This document shows positions 62,103 to 64,000 of a DNA stretch of 64,000 bases, piece by piece. Numbering within the stretch: position 1 is the first letter of the stretch; every line of letters begins with the position of its first letter. The notes below the pieces were generated by a model. That model saw nothing but the letters and a program-made list of their open reading frames with translations, was not told the origin of the DNA and searched no databases. This DNA comes from a virus. The stretch covers positions 35,822 to 99,821 of IMG/VR virus record IMGVR_UViG_3300018080_008375; one strand, given 5' to 3'. The position numbers and the translations under genes are program-made.

Positions 62103-62768
62103 GTGAACATGCGCAGGGAAGCGGCGCTGTGGCCGTCGGCCAGAGAGGCGCGGGAGGAAGTCAAGGCGGAATACGAGGCGAAGCTCAGAGCCGCTCTCGA
62201 AGAACTCAGGCAGCTGAAGGCAGACAATGAAGCGCTGAAAAGCAAGCTGGGCATGAGTCTTGATAAAAGAAGGGATGTCGAGAAGCTGGCTTCTTTGGCC
62301 GGCATGATGGACGATTTGGGGGCGCACGCCACTGCCGACATCCTGGACATGGCCGCGCTACAGGTCAGGGACAGGAGCGCAAGGGGGTCGCTGATGAGCA
62401 GGATTGTCGGAATTGCCAACGATTTCGACAGCCGCGGCGACCATCTCATGGCAGATGCCATGGACAAGGCGGCTGAAGTGGTGTCTTCCGAGGAAGCGGC
62501 GACTGTTGTAAAGCCTGGTAACATGATTCCGCTGTCTTCCAGGTACTGCCCGGATCATCGCGGCGTTCAAACCTTTAGGGTCGACGAGAATGCGCGCCAA
62601 TGCCCGATTGACGGGCGCATATACAACTACGAAACGGGATATTCTGACTATGCCGGAATGATAGTTCCAGGAGGCAGCGTCGCCGGGCAGACGGAGTCGG
62701 CCACTCCGTACGCCGTTCCGCACAGGATATTCGACACGCGCGAGAATATCCTGAACGCCATACACTAG
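62103..62768 (+). CDS. Hypothetical protein
   Basis: Two LAxxxDxxG..ADxxD motifs; RYCPDH..G, CPIDG..YNYE.G. Confidence 0.65.
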   Translation: MNMRREAALWPSAREAREEVKAEYEAKLRAALEELRQLKADNEALKSKLGMSLDKRRDVEKLASLAGMMDDLGAHATADILDMAALQVRDRSARGSLMSRIVGIANDFDSRGDHLMADAMDKAAEVVSSEEAATVVKPGNMIPLSSRYCPDHRGVQTFRVDENARQCPIDGRIYNYETGYSDYAGMIVPGGSVAGQTESATPYAVPHRIFDTRENILNAIH

Positions 62769-62778
62769 CAGAGGTTAC

Positions 62779-63510
62779 ATGGCTTTTCCAAAGGTTCTCA
62801 CCCACCCAAACAAGGACATGATCGTAAAGCTGCTGACTGACGGGAAGGGCGTGCGCTATGTTTCCAAGGTGCTGAAGGAGATGTATCCGGAAGAGCCTTC
62901 CAAAAGGATATCCGTCCAGACCCTGCAGGCGTTTCGAAAAGAGCACCTGAAGCTGGAAGGGGATGTGCTGGAGGACATCAAGAAAACAAAGAGGCTCAAG
63001 GAGAGAAAGAGGGAGTCGAAGAAGGAGCACACGCTTGTCAAGCATCTTCCCAGCTACAAAAGGAAGCTCGAGGAAGTGGCAGACATGCATCTCGACATTC
63101 GCACAAGCCTGGCGCAGGTCGATACGCTCATCAAGGCGAGGCTTGAGAACTTCTTTGACATGGCGCAGGCTGGTCAGGCAACAAGGGACGACGAGAAGCT
63201 ATTGCAAGGATACTTCGACAGGTATTTCACCGTCATCCAGCACTGGGCGAAGTATGTTGAGAACATGGCGGACCAGCGCATAGACCACAACATAAATGTC
63301 ACTGTCGTCAACGAGCAGATGGACATGCTGAGGACCGCTGTAGTTCGCGTGCTGCAGCGCATGGATCCGCAGGAGGCGCTCAAGTTCATGGAGGAGTTGG
63401 ACAAGGAAATGAACAGCCTGTCGTACCGGCCGGACGGCGCGCCGTCCCTGCAGGAGCTGAGCGTTGGAGCTCTTCAGATCGCTTCGGCAGAGGACGCGGA
63501 GGTTTCATAA
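62779..63510 (+). CDS. Hypothetical helical protein
   Basis: Gene packing. Confidence 0.6.
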   Translation: MAFPKVLTHPNKDMIVKLLTDGKGVRYVSKVLKEMYPEEPSKRISVQTLQAFRKEHLKLEGDVLEDIKKTKRLKERKRESKKEHTLVKHLPSYKRKLEEVADMHLDIRTSLAQVDTLIKARLENFFDMAQAGQATRDDEKLLQGYFDRYFTVIQHWAKYVENMADQRIDHNINVTVVNEQMDMLRTAVVRVLQRMDPQEALKFMEELDKEMNSLSYRPDGAPSLQELSVGALQIASAEDAEVS

Positions 63511-64000
63511 TGCCTTATGTAGAAGACATGCTTTCCGAATGCTATGACGGTCTGAACATGGAACTCAGGCAGATGGCTTTGGACGACGCAGAGATGCTGG
63601 AAAACCTCGGCGTTGAGAGCGATAGGGAACGCAACCTGGTATTTTACATAGATAATTTTCTTGACGACCTGTGCGACGAAATGGGCGTTCCGGTTCCGGA
63701 AAACAGGGGCGAAATCGTACGCGGGGCGTTCCGCAATCTTCGCAGCACCGACGAGCCCGGTCTTGCCGATATCAGGCGCGCAGTTGCATTCTCCTTGGGA
63801 ATTCTCGGGAAGAGAAAAGTTGCATATCCGAACATATCTGGAGCCATGGAGTCGAACAGAAAACAGGTAAGGGACATAGACAAGTGGGTCAGGACGCTCG
63901 GAGACATATACGCGGCGGCGCGGGCGGGCGAAGGTCCGCTGCAGGCAACCAACAGGCTAACGGAGGGATGGGATCCCGTGGAGCAGCATGAATTCCAGCA
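63510..64000 (+). CDS. Hypothetical protein, truncated by the window end
   Basis: TAATG overlap; open to the end (MPYVEDMLSEC...). Confidence 0.55.
   Translation, partial: MPYVEDMLSECYDGLNMELRQMALDDAEMLENLGVESDRERNLVFYIDNFLDDLCDEMGVPVPENRGEIVRGAFRNLRSTDEPGLADIRRAVAFSLGILGKRKVAYPNISGAMESNRKQVRDIDKWVRTLGDIYAAARAGEGPLQATNRLTEGWDPVEQHEFQ

Overview
A gene-dense segment, almost all on the + strand, of a probable large (jumbo-type) dsDNA bacteriophage using the standard genetic code. It encodes replication/recombination functions (DnaE, a primase split over two genes, SSB, RecA, SbcCD, RuvC, GyrB, FtsK-like ATPase, RNase HII, UDG) and nucleotide metabolism (ThyX, dCMP deaminase, dNMP kinase, MazG, NUDIX, DUF5664). 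It also has three C5 DNA methyltransferases (two beside PD-(D/E)xK nuclease-like genes), two sigma-like proteins, chaperones and proteases. The most striking part is a translation toolkit. (i) A release factor with an RF1-type PxT motif can only be made in full by a prfB/RF2-type +1 frameshift at AGG AGG TCT CTT TGA C (5279-5294). (ii) All four tRNA-type genes are non-canonical: short-arm tRNA-Leu(UAA), tRNA-Pro with a compensatory A19:U56 pair, an 8/4-fold tRNA-Ser(UGA), and a Ser-identity tRNA with an aberrant anticodon arm. (iii) Pth2, Thg1-like, YqeY-like, IscS and trigger factor genes are also present. A recurring intergenic motif (TCTAYCAATWWTCNNGNAT) looks like a phage promoter, and one copy lies in a hairpin that hides the RBS of an HNH homing endonuclease. 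All protein calls come from motif recognition by eye; no database search was run.
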